This document shows positions 12,892 to 23,134 of a stretch of DNA of 64,000 nt, piece by piece; within the stretch, counting starts at the first letter, position 1; the number at the start of each line of letters is the position of its first letter. The notes beneath the pieces were generated by a model, which searched no databases, was not told where the DNA came from, and was given only the letters and a program-made list of their open reading frames with translations. Where the stretch lies: the NCBI RefSeq assembly GCF_964188315.1, contig NC_135655.1, forward strand, positions 78,616,001-78,680,000, written 5' to 3'. Source of the DNA: Podarcis muralis. Its lineage: Eukaryota. Position numbers and translations under genes: made by a program.

Positions 12892-14852
12892 CGAAATGCT
12901 TATCCTGACCATTTCAAAGAGATCAGTGAAGAAAATAGTTCAGTTCAATGCCTTTTAAAGCTGAAATGGGGAAACTACCTGCAGATTCACCATGCGTCTC
13001 CCACAGAGGTACAAGAGATCCCTGGTTTTATTTATTTATGTCTGGTTAAGAAGACACATTTCCCATCATGCACTGGACCTTAACACTGGGCAGGCTTCAA
13101 CTAACTGGTCCTGTTAGCAGAAGCCCATGCAAGGATTCTGCTAACGCAATGATGCTTCCCTCCCATCTTCTCCTGTGCCCCTGGAATTGGCTTATGTGGG
13201 GGGGTGGGAATCCCTAGAACAGCACATGGGGGGGAGGGAAGGGGAGATTGTTGTATCAGTGCAATCAAAATGCTTGTACTGATGGAGTGATCCTCTTAGC
13301 GCTATACTGAATTTTTCCCACTAAGCAGTACTATCACACTGATCGGTAGTGACAGAGATCACATTGACTAGTTATGCTGAGGGGCAGGCATGGCACCTAA
13401 GCTGGGAAAATCTGCCAATGTGCCCAGTATTGAGGCTTGGTTTGGGCCCCTCTGTTCTCAGAGCAGGTGTTTGTCCATTCATATTCCCCCCACCCCCACC
13501 CCCTTTTTTTGCACTTGGACAGCTTCCCTCGTTTCTTTCTTCCAGCAGCTGGGGGAAGCAATAAGCATTCGGCACACATCTCCACTATTATTCCAGATCT
13601 CTTCATGTCCTGACCCTAGCAAGAAAACTCTGCATGCCCTGCTTTTCACATTTGTCCTCCTGCCAATCTGAGGGCATGGCACACAGGATACATCGCAGAG
13701 AAATAAGAGGCGATGCCAAAATGTTTGCAAATATATTTATACAGGGCACATGACAACAGCCCTTGGGCCACCACTGGCAAGGGAGCAGTTCATAACCTTG
13801 AGCAGCCTTTCCCAGCGGCCTCCTTCAGCACCGCCATCGCAAGCTCTGCTCACAACACTGGAGCTGCCTGCTGAATAAAGCCTCTTTCCCGGTGTAGGGC
13901 AAAAGGGCCTCTGTCTCTGCAGCCATTCGGTGTGCATGAACAGAACAAGTAAGAGGTATGCAGAGTGGACAGGGAAAGACTGCAGAATGCCATGGAAGTT
14001 CCTGCACAGCAGCGGACTGATAGCACAGGCAAAGAGAGGCCCAGACAAGAGCTGCCAGCTCCATTCTGGGCTGTGTCAAAAAGAGAGAGGCAAAGAAACA
14101 GGAAGGGGGAGCTGACAGGCACCAAATCTAGACAGGAAGTACCTTCAGACCAACAAGCCTGGAAATAGGACAAAGAGGAGGAGGAATGGAGCTTTGCTAT
14201 GGGAAAAGAAAGATGCAAAGAGAGAGGAAATGAGGAGAGAGAGAGCAAAGGGCTCATGAAGAAGCAAGTTTACAGAAACAATTATGCATTTTGCCCTGCG
14301 GGAGAGCTGGCCTTGGGACTGGGAGACCTGGACTCACCCGCTGCCAAGAACTCACTGTGTGGCCTTGAACAAGTCACCATCTCTCTCAGCTTCCATTTGA
14401 GAACTGGAGAAGTATCTACCACACAGGGTTGTTCTAAGTGGCAAGTGCTATATGAAGCAGGAGTAGCTAACCCATGATTTCTGGTGGCCTGCAAAACCCC
14501 AATGATTTGCCCCCACTATTTTCAACTGAGTGTTTTTGGGCAGCAGGTGGCACTATTGTGCCCCACCATTGGGAGAGGTCTCTGCAGATGTGATATGCAG
14601 GGATGGGAGGCGTCACCTCTTATTACCTTTACAAGAGGACCCCTTCTCCGTCCAGTACTGCACCATTCTTACAAAGTTGGTGCCATTGTTGGAAGGCTTT
14701 AGAGAGGCAAAAGAAACAGGAAGAAGCATTCCTTCCAGTTTCCTGTCTAAGGACCTACTACCAATACTGCCATACCACAGAGAGAAGGGGCTTTGTTGCT
14801 CCTCCCAAGGGCAGAAGATTATCCCAGGGCAGGCACTGCCCTAGAGAGCATA

Positions 14853-14894
<42 letters not shown>
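14853..14894. repeat. (AAT)14 microsatellite, L2 3' tail
   Basis: Direct reading; abuts the L2 3' UTR. Confidence 0.95.
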
Positions 14895-14980
14895 TTATTA
14901 TTTGTACCCCGCCCATCTGGCTGGGCTTCCCCAGCCACCCTGGGCGGCTTCCAACAAAGATAAAAAAATACACTAAAATG

Positions 14981-17900
14981 TCACATATTAAAAACTTCCC
15001 TGAACAGGGCTGCCTTCAGATGTCTTCTGAATGTCAGGTAGTTGTTTATCGCTTTGACATCTGATGGGAGGGCGTTCCACAGGGCGGGTGCCACTACCGA
15101 AAAGGCCCTCTGCCTGGTTCCCTGTAACTTGACCTCTCGTAGTGAGGGAACCGCCAGAAGGCCCTCGGAGCTGGACCTCAGTGTCCGGGCAGAACGATGG
15201 GGGTGGAGACGCTCCTTCAGATATACTGGACCAAGGCCGTTTAGGGCTTTAAAGGTCAGCACCAACACTTTGAATTGTGCTCGGAAACTTACTGGGAGCC
15301 AATGTAGGTCTTTCAAGACTGGTGTTATATGGTCTCGGCGGCCGCACCCAGTCACCAGTCTAGCTGCCGCATTCTGGATTAGTTGTAGTTTCCGGGTCAC
15401 CTTCAAAGGTAGCCCCACGTAGAGCGCATTGCAGTAGTCCAAGCGGGAGATAACCAGAGCATGTACCACTCTGGCGAGACAGTCCGCAGGCAGATAGGGT
15501 CTCAGCCTACGTACCAGATGGAGCTGGTAAACAGCTGCCCTGGATACAGATTTGACCTGTGCCTCCATGGACAGCTGTGAGTCCAAAATGACTCCCAGGC
15601 TGCGCACCTGGTCCTTCAGGGGCACAGTTACCCCATTCAGGACCAGGGAATCCTCCACACCTGCCCGCCTCCTGTCCCCCAAAAACAGTACTTCTGTCTT
15701 GTCGGGATTCAACCTCAATCTGTTAGCCGCCATCCATCCTCCAACCGCCTCCAGGCACTCACACAGGACCTTCACCGCCTTCACTGGTTCTGATTTAAAA
15801 GAGAGGTAGAGCTGGGTATCATCCGCATACTGATGAACACCCAGCCCAAACCTCCTGATGATCTCTCCCAGTGGCTGCATGTAAATGTTGAAAAGCATGG
15901 GGGAGAGGACAGAGCCCTGAGGCACCCCACAAGTGAGGGCCCAGGGGTCTGAACACTCATCCCCCACCACCACTTTCTGAACACGGCCCAGGAGGAAGGA
16001 GCGGAACCACTGTATGACAGTGCCCCCAGCTCCCAGCCCCTCAAGACGGTCCAGAAGGATGTTATGGTCGATGGTATCAAACGCCGCTGAGAGATCCAGC
16101 AGAACTAGGAAACAGCTCTCACCTTTGTCCCTAGCCCGCCGGAGATCATCAACCAGTGCGACCAAGGCAGTTTCAGTCCCATGATGAGGCCTGAATCCCG
16201 ACTGGAAGGGATCCAAATGGTCCGCTTCTTCCAGGCGTGCCTGGAGTTGTTCAGCAACCACTCGCTCAATCACCTTGCCCAAGAATGGAAGATTTGAGAC
16301 TGGGCGATAATTGGCCATCGTGGCCGCATCTAAAGATGGTTTTTTAAGAAGCGGCTTAATAACCGCCTCTTTCAGCGGGTCTGGGAAGGCTCCCTCACGG
16401 AGGGAAGCATTCACCACCCCACGAAGCCCATCGCCCAGTCCTTCCCGGCTAGCTTTTATAAGCCAGGATGGGCAAGGATCCAGGAGACAGGTGGTTGGCT
16501 TCACTCGTCCAAGCAGCCTGTCCACATCCTCGGAGGTAACAGGTTGGAATTGATCCCACACAACTTGACTAGACAGGACTCTAGCACTCTCCCGCCCCGG
16601 CCCTGCTCCCACGGTGGAGTCTACCTCTTCCCGAATCTGAGCGATTTTATCTGCAAAAAACTTTGCAAAATCATTGCAGGAGATCATGAGGCCCATACTG
16701 GGCCCAGATGTCGCAGGTGGTTCCGCTAAATTGTGAACCACCTGAAAAAGTCTCCTGCTGCTGTTTTCTGCAGATGCAATAGAGGCGGCGAAGAAGGTCT
16801 TCTTCGCCGTCGCTATCGCCACTTGGTAGGCTCGACGTTGAGCTCTAACCTGTGTCCGGTCAGATTCGGAATGGGTTATCCGCCACCGGCGCTCTAGCCG
16901 TCTCAACGATTGTTTCATTGCCCTCAGATCCGTGGAGAACCACGGGGCTCTCCGGGCTCCATGCAATCGGAGAGGGCGCTTTGGAGCCAAACAGTCAATA
17001 GCCCTGGTTAACTCCACATTCCAGCGGGCCACCAGGGAATCGGCTGAAAGGCCATCAACATGGGATAAAGCATCCCCTACCACTCTCTGGAAACCATTTG
17101 GATCCATTAAGTGGCGGGGGCGGACCATCCGAATTGGTCCCACCTCCCTGCAGAGGGGATGGGTCGCGGAGAAGTCCAGTTGCACCAGGAAGTGATCTGA
17201 CCATGGCACTTCTTTCGTTTCGCTTTTACTTAGTGTCAGATCACCAACATCCATAGAGGTAAACACCAGGTCCAAGGCATGTCCGCGGCTATGGGTTGGG
17301 CCAGAGTTATTCAGGGACAGCCCCATGGAGGCCATGCTTTCCACGAAGTCCCGAGCAGCCCCTTGTAAGGTCGTGTCGGCATGGATGTTAAAATCCCCTA
17401 GGACAACCAAGCTAGGTGTCTCCAGGAGGACATCCGCCACGACCTGAAGCAGCTCGGGCAGGGAATCCTTGGTGCAGCGGGGAGGTCGGTACACCAGTAG
17501 GAATCCTGTACTGCCCCTATTGCCCAACTTCCAGAACATGCACTCGGAAAACTGGGTCTTCCCAATAGGACGCCTGGTGCAAACTAATGACTTCCTAAAA
17601 ATCACTGCAACCCCCCCTCCCCGCCCACATGACCTGGGTTGCTGTGCGTAAGAGAAACCTGGTGGACAAGCAGCGGCAAGGACAGGCCCATCCGCTTCAT
17701 CCAACCAAGTCTCTGTCACACATGCCAGGTCAAATCCTCCATCCATGATCAAGTCATGGATGGCAGTGGTCTTATGAATCATTGACCTGGCATTGCACAG
17801 CAGCACCTTCAGGTCATGTGGGTATCCCTTGCTGATTCTAGTATCCATCCGGTCAGGACCAGACCCGGAGGCAGGGATAGTCCTCAGACAACGACTAAAC

Positions 17901-18013
17901 CTGCCTCCTCTGTAATGACATGGTCTGGTCTTAGCGTAACTCCTCCTCCTACCCGTGATCACTGAGATCGGTTGTCCCAGTGCATCTTCCCCTGTGGAAC
18001 ATGCCCCAGCCAT
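14981..18013 (-). CDS. L2 LINE polyprotein: apurinic-like endonuclease + reverse transcriptase (1010 aa from first ATG)
   Basis: EN motifs LLCNARS, CVTETW, LGDFN, LDLVFT, SDH; RT motifs NYRPVSNL, FQSGFR, DLSAAFDTIDH, GVPQGSVLSP, YADDTQLY; C-terminal SRLDYCN and HITPVL..LHWLP. No stops. The track ORF starts at 18067 on TTG; the first ATG (AAAATGG) is at 18013. Confidence 0.96.
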   Translation of the reverse strand: MAGACSTGEDALGQPISVITGRRRSYAKTRPCHYRGGRFSRCLRTIPASGSGPDRMDTRISKGYPHDLKVLLCNARSMIHKTTAIHDLIMDGGFDLACVTETWLDEADGPVLAAACPPGFSYAQQPRSCGRGGGVAVIFRKSLVCTRRPIGKTQFSECMFWKLGNRGSTGFLLVYRPPRCTKDSLPELLQVVADVLLETPSLVVLGDFNIHADTTLQGAARDFVESMASMGLSLNNSGPTHSRGHALDLVFTSMDVGDLTLSKSETKEVPWSDHFLVQLDFSATHPLCREVGPIRMVRPRHLMDPNGFQRVVGDALSHVDGLSADSLVARWNVELTRAIDCLAPKRPLRLHGARRAPWFSTDLRAMKQSLRRLERRWRITHSESDRTQVRAQRRAYQVAIATAKKTFFAASIASAENSSRRLFQVVHNLAEPPATSGPSMGLMISCNDFAKFFADKIAQIREEVDSTVGAGPGRESARVLSSQVVWDQFQPVTSEDVDRLLGRVKPTTCLLDPCPSWLIKASREGLGDGLRGVVNASLREGAFPDPLKEAVIKPLLKKPSLDAATMANYRPVSNLPFLGKVIERVVAEQLQARLEEADHLDPFQSGFRPHHGTETALVALVDDLRRARDKGESCFLVLLDLSAAFDTIDHNILLDRLEGLGAGGTVIQWFRSFLLGRVQKVVVGDECSDPWALTCGVPQGSVLSPMLFNIYMQPLGEIIRRFGLGVHQYADDTQLYLSFKSEPVKAVKVLCECLEAVGGWMAANRLRLNPDKTEVLFLGDRRRAGVEDSLVLNGVTVPLKDQVRSLGVILDSQLSMEAQVKSVSRAAVYQLHLVRRLRPYLPADCLARVVHALVISRLDYCNALYVGLPLKVTRKLQLIQNAAARLVTGCGRRDHITPVLKDLHWLPVSFRAQFKVLVLTFKALNGLGPVYLKERLHPHRSARTLRSSSEGLLAVPSLREVKLQGTRQRAFSVVAPALWNALPSDVKAINNYLTFRRHLKAALFREVFNM

Positions 18014-18305
18014 TTTGTTGGCTGGGGCCCACTCCCCGGCAGCCCTGACCCCTCCCCTTAAGAACAAGATAACACCTTAAAAAAAACAACCAATAAAACA
18101 ATACAACAAAAAACAGCAAAAATTACAAAAACATAAAATCAAACAGATTCCCAGGCCCAGTAAACATCCATCCCACCCCCACCCCCCCACTTACAAGAAA
18201 TTCAAAGGAATTTAAAAACAACAACAAAAAAAAAACATTTTAAAAGCACTCTGCACCCCTCCAGCAGTAACAGCAACTGTTCTAGTGATGCCCGTCAGGC
18301 CCTCT

Positions 18306-19917
18306 GCAGCAGAGCGCAGCAGTCCTTATGGAGAGGCTTCAGGCCCCGCCCCGGGCCAGATGGTGAGTGGCAGGAAGGAGCAGGGCCCTCAGACACTCAC
18401 ACAGGAGGGTCCTCCTGGGCAGCAGAGCGCAGAGCAGAGCGCAGCAGTCCTTATGGAGAGGCTTCAGGCCCCGCCCCGGGCCAGATGGTGAGTGGCAGGA
18501 AGGAGCAGGGCCCTCAGACACTCACACAGGAGGGTCCTCCTGGGCAGCAGAGCGCAGAGCAGAGCGCAGCAGTCCTTATGGAGAGGCTTCAGGCCCCGCC
18601 CCGGGCCAGATGGTGAGTGGCAGGAAGGAGCAGGGCCCTCAGACACTCACAGGAGAGTCCTCCTGGGCAGCAGAGCGCAGCAGTCCTTATGGAGAGGCTT
18701 CAGGCCCCGCCCCGGGCCAGATGGTGAGTGGCAGGAAGGAGCAGGGCCCTCAGACACTCACAGGAGAGTCCTCCTGGGCAGCAGAGCGCAGCAGTCCTTA
18801 TGGAGAGGCTTCATGGCCCCGCCCCGGGCCAGATGGTGAGTGGCAGGAAGGAGCAGGGCCCTCAGACACTCACAGGAGAGTCCTCCTGGGCAGCAGAGCG
18901 CAGCAGTCCTTATGGAGAGGCTTCATGGCCCCGCCCCGGGCCAGATGGTGAGTGGCAGGAAGGAGCAGGGCCCTCAGACACTCACACAGGAGGGTCCTCC
19001 TGGGCAGCAGAGCGCAGAGCAGAGCGCAGCAGTCCTTATGGAGAGGCTTCAGGCCCCGCCCCGGGCCAGATGGTGAGTGGCAGGAAGGAGCAGGGCCCTC
19101 AGACACTCACACAGGAGGGTCCTCCTGGGCAGCAGAGCGCAGAGCAGAGCGCAGCAGTCCTTATGGAGAGGCTTCAGGCCCCGCCCCGGGCCAGATGGTG
19201 AGTGGCAGGAAGGAGCAGGGCCCTCAGACACTCACACAGGAGGGTCCTCCTGGGCAGCAGAGCGCAGAGCAGAGCGCAGCAGTCCTTATGGAGAGGCTTC
19301 AGGCCCCGCCCCGGGCCAGATGGTGAGTGGCAGGAAGGAGCAGGGCCCTCAGACACTCACACAGGAGGGTCCTCCTGGGCAGCAGAGCGCAGAGCAGAGC
19401 GCAGCAGTCCTTATGGAGAGGCTTCAGGCCCCGCCCCGGGCCAGATGGTGAGTGGCAGGAAGGAGCAGGGCCCTCAGACACTCACAGGAGAGTCCTCCTG
19501 GGCAGCAGAGCGCAGCAGTCCTTATGGAGAGGCTTCAGGCCCCGCCCCGGGCCAGATGGTGAGTGGCAGGAAGGAGCAGGGCCCTCAGACACTCACAGGA
19601 GAGTCCTCCTGGGCAGCAGAGCGCAGCAGTCCTTATGGAGAGGCTTCAGGCCCCGCCCCGGGCCAGATGGTGAGTGGCAGGAAGGAGCAGGGCCCTCAGA
19701 CACTCACAGGAGAGTCCTCCTGGGCAGCAGAGCGCAGCAGTCCTTATGGAGAGGCTTCATGGCCCCGCCCCGGGCCAGATGGTGAGTGGCAGGAAGGAGC
19801 AGGGCCCTCAGACACTCACAGGAGAGTCCTCCTGGGCAGCAGAGCGCAGCAGTCCTTATGGAGAGGCTTCAGGCCCCGCCCCGGGCCAGATGGTGAGTGG
19901 CAGGAAGGAGCAGGGCC
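18306..19917. repeat. Tandem array of 111/112/125-bp GC-rich monomers (~14 units) at the L2 5' end
   Basis: Anchor ccagatggtg at 18356, 18481, 18606, 18717, 18829, 18941, 19066, 19191, 19316, 19441, 19552, 19663, 19775, 19886; periods 125,125,111,112,112,125,125,125,125,111,111,112,111. Confidence 0.98.
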
Positions 19918-20689
19918 TGCTGAGTGTGTCTACGTGTGTAAACTGGTTGTCCTACCCTTTGCGCTGCATGAGTGTATGCATGTGTGTGAAATGGGCTTGG
20001 TGGGCATGCAGATCTCGAGGGAGTGGGAAAACGCTCAAAGGGGCCCTTGAGCCACAGAAGGCTAGCCACCCTGATATAAAGGATAAAGAAGAGAAGAATG
20101 GTGGTTTCTGACAACCCTGCATGCTTCACCAGCAGAACATAAGCTTTCCTTCTTTTATATCTCTCCAACAATGAAGCATGTACAAGATGTTGAGATCTAA
20201 GTAACATATGCTCACTTGCTAAAATGAAAAAAAAAACCACCACTTTCTAAAAACATGCACAATTTCATAAGATACACTTGCAATTGTATAAAAATATTAG
20301 TAACGCCTCTTTGTTTAAATATATTATCATACCTACTAGATATGGTTCAGCATTCTGTTTCCAGCATGGGTGAACCAGCTGCTTCTGGGAGCAAACAGGC
20401 AACAGGCCTCCCCAGAAGCTGGTATACTATTTGTGAACATGATTTCATAGCTAAAAACCATTGAGAGATCTATCCTCTATGAATTTGTCAAAAAAAAAAT
20501 TTTTTTTAAGTGATCTAAGCTAGTGGCCACCATTCCATCTTGTGGCTGTGAGTTCCATATGTGAGTTGTGTGTGATCTATGGCTTCAGGAGTATACTGTG
20601 GATGCCTCTGGAGAGGGCATTCTCACACCACATTTAATATCAGATGCTGGGGGATATGGGCAAGTGTTTGCTAGCATTACATCTCACAT

Positions 20690-20731
20690 GGTCACAGCCC
20701 AGAGTGACTGGGGGAACCCAGTCAGATGGAT

Positions 20732-20777
<46 letters not shown>
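20690..20777 (+). mobile_element. Degenerate L2 3' end followed by a (CA)n microsatellite
   Basis: cagcccagag-tgactggg-ggaa-cccagtca-gatggatggg matches the 3' hairpin of the L2 family at 14.9 kb; (AC)n at 20735-20777 takes the place of the tail. Confidence 0.7.
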
Positions 20778-20780
<3 letters not shown>

Positions 20781-20921
20781 CTACAACAAAATATGGACAT
20801 GGTGTAGGCATATGAAGGTTGTGTACACACTATACCTTTTAAGCACATTCAAAGTACCTTCACGTGTGTGCGCAGCCTTAGCTGCCTAAAATGATCAGAA
20901 GGACAGGGTAGCAACACCTAC

Positions 20922-20989
20922 CGGATTGGCTTGGAAACTTGTGAGCTGAATTTTGTGAACTCTCCTGGGGCAGTCCACTCAGAGCCCAT
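20922..20989 (-). CDS. B4GALNT4: B4GALNT4 coding exon (~exon 7)
   Basis: cttctttag|ATG GGC...ATC CG|gtaggt; 68 nt; MGSEWTAPGEFTKFSSQVSKPI(R). Confidence 0.96.
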
Positions 20990-21769
20990 CTAAAGAAGAA
21001 GAGGAGAAAGAATGTGAATATGGGGCCAAATTCAATCTTTGATCAAAGGCCAAAACCAATATACAAAAAACTAGAAGAAAATTAGGAACGGCACTGGCCG
21101 AAGTTGATTAGAACATCACAATCCACATGGTTTTTGAGTACATTTCAGGGGAATAGCTTGAAGCTGATTCACAGCAACCATGCCTAATTTCCTAAGCAAA
21201 TAAATTATACTAAGAGGAATATGGGGAAAGCCCTTCATATAATGCTGTCATAATTCAACTGGTAGACTTTTCTTCCTGTCACTGTGTGGTTTTATTTCCA
21301 ATCTTCTAGTTTGTGTCTAATCTGGTCTGTTTTATATCTACTGCTACAAAGTGCTTATAAAAATCAAATCACTAAGGTTTTCCTAAACAATTAATATTAG
21401 CCACACAAAACCCGGGCCACTAGATCAAATGAGAATCCCTTCCATCAGGTCACCTCTGAGTTAATTGATATAAGGAAAAACAAGCTTTGTCTCACAGTGT
21501 GGTCTGCGTGACTAGACAGCTCTGTAATGGGTAGGTTAAAAGGCATTGCCACAATCCTGCAGGGCTTGTACCTTTCTATTGCAAATGTACAAGATTCAGC
21601 ACTGGCCTTTAAGCTTTCATTAAAAATGCACGAAAGGGAGTGAGCTACAGCTGTCCTGGGACCTGCAGCATTGAATTTCTTGACTGTGCATGCTGAAGAT
21701 TTAATTTTGTTTACTTTTATTTGTTAGCAGAACAATCAAATGGTGAAACAAATTTCCAATCTTTGCTTG

Positions 21770-22190
21770 GCAACAGCTTTACCAACCAGTGGCTTGAGAG
21801 ACTCACTGTAGACTATAGATCTATTTGGAATAGCCTGACAGTGCCAAACCTTTCAGAAATACTGAGGCAGCCTTTGAAGTATACTGGGACGGGCACCGCT
21901 AAAACGTTCGGAGAAAAAGGGAGCAGTTGTGAAACTGGTAGAATTTCAAATGGAAGGTTAGACACTCATCACCTTGAAGACACAACAAATAAAATCTTTT
22001 GGCTGGTTTGATTTCCGATACCGTGCTATTTTTAATTTTATTGCATTGGATAATTTGGATTTTTTCTTTTCTTTGATGTGGTATGTAACACGACTATATT
22101 CTGTGCTGCATCATAATTTCTATGGGGGAGTGTTTCTTTTGTTGCATATGTGTTGTTTGACTTATATGAAGAAAAGCATTTTTTAAGGGG
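21770..22190 (+). mobile_element. Possible degenerate L1-type 3' remnant
   Basis: Peptide QWLERL...RQPLKY followed by a T-rich UTR-like stretch; weak resemblance to an L1 ORF2 C-terminus only. Confidence 0.3.
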
Positions 22191-22606
22191 GAAGGGGGAT
22201 GTGGCAATAGCAGTGGGGCAGTGATGAAAGTAAGGAGTCGTATGGGTGAGATGACAGATCAGGGCAGCAGGCCCATGCCTTCAAATGTGTGAGAGTGTGT
22301 GTAAGAGAGATTGAGCGGGGTGGGGGTGGGGGAGAGATTTAAACTCCCAAAAGGGCACATAGGCGTAGAGGGTATTGGTTCCTTCTCTCCTCACTTCATT
22401 CTTACAGTTCATCTGACAGGATTTTCTCCTCCCTGCCCCCATGCTGATGCTGGAAATGAACTTGGCTAGGATATAAACACTAGTTGAAAAGAGGGGAAAG
22501 TGGCAGTTGTGAGAACAGCATTTAACACAGATACCCACTTTGAGACTTAATTAGCATTCCACCCCTAGGCTTTACAGCAGACATAGGTCTGCAACTGTCA
22601 TGCATT

Positions 22607-22957
22607 AGGTAAAGGTAAAGGTACCCCTGACCGTTAGGTCCAGTCGTGGATGACTCTGGGGTTATGTGCTCATCTCGCTCTATAGGCTGAGGGAGCCAGC
22701 GTTTGTCCGGAGACAGCTTCCGAGTCATGTGGCCAGCATGACTAAGCAGCTTCTGGCAAACCAGAGCAGCGCACAGAAACACCGTTTATCTTCCTGCCGA
22801 AGCAGTACCTATTTATCTACTTGCACTTGACGTGCTTTTGAACTGCTAGGTTGGCAGGAGCTGAGACCGAACAACGGGAGCTCACCCTGTCGCAGGGATT
22901 CAAACTGCCGACCTTCCGATTGGTAAGCCCTAGGCTCTGTGGTTTAGACCACAGCGC
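22607..22957 (-). mobile_element. Sauria SINE
   Basis: (AAAGGT)n tail at left; body closely similar to the copy at 63250; slightly 5'-truncated tRNA-derived head. Confidence 0.93.
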
Positions 22958-23134
22958 ATTGGTGGGGCCTAAAACCTATAAGTCATGGGGCCACCATTTT
23001 CAAGTTGTGTGTGAGAGGTCTTGGGTTCAAAACACAACAGGCCTGTCGGAGTGGTGATATACCTTTAAAACATAATATGAAACACAATTCTTCCAGTAGT
23101 TATTAGCTATAAACCCCTAAAATGATATTCTCCA

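Larger units (their letters stand above)
14851..19917 (-). mobile_element. Apparently full-length L2-clade LINE (5' monomer array, single EN-RT ORF, 3' stem-loop, (ATT)n tail)
   Basis: Intact ORF with L2-type motifs; 3' UTR hairpin at 14907-14947; (AAT)14 at 14853-14894. No clear TSD. Including the array (18306-19917) in the element is inferred from adjacency. Confidence 0.9.

Noticed and set aside
13822-13845. REST/RE1 site (ttcagcacc half-site) in a neurally expressed gene
   Set aside because: The GGACAG half-site is missing here and at similar half-sites (34599, 44074).
15042-17651. Antisense ORFs over the L2, and likewise over the L1 (56329-60908)
   Set aside because: Shadow frames of the real minus-strand ORFs, with no independent motifs.
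18306-19917. CRISPR-like repeat array
   Set aside because: Eukaryotic DNA; units are head-to-tail without unique spacers; no cas genes.
14830-19940. Target-site duplication for the full-length L2
   Set aside because: Flanks (ccctagagagca | tgctgagtgtg) share no direct repeat beyond 1 nt, so the 5' boundary rests only on the end of the array.
18285-20111. Many overlapping ORFs (up to 282 aa) in the tandem array as real genes or an L2 ORF1
   Set aside because: They arise from GC-rich repeats with a 111-bp (3n) unit. The sense strand of that unit has stops in all three frames and there is no domain similarity. Kept only as a speculative antisense observation.
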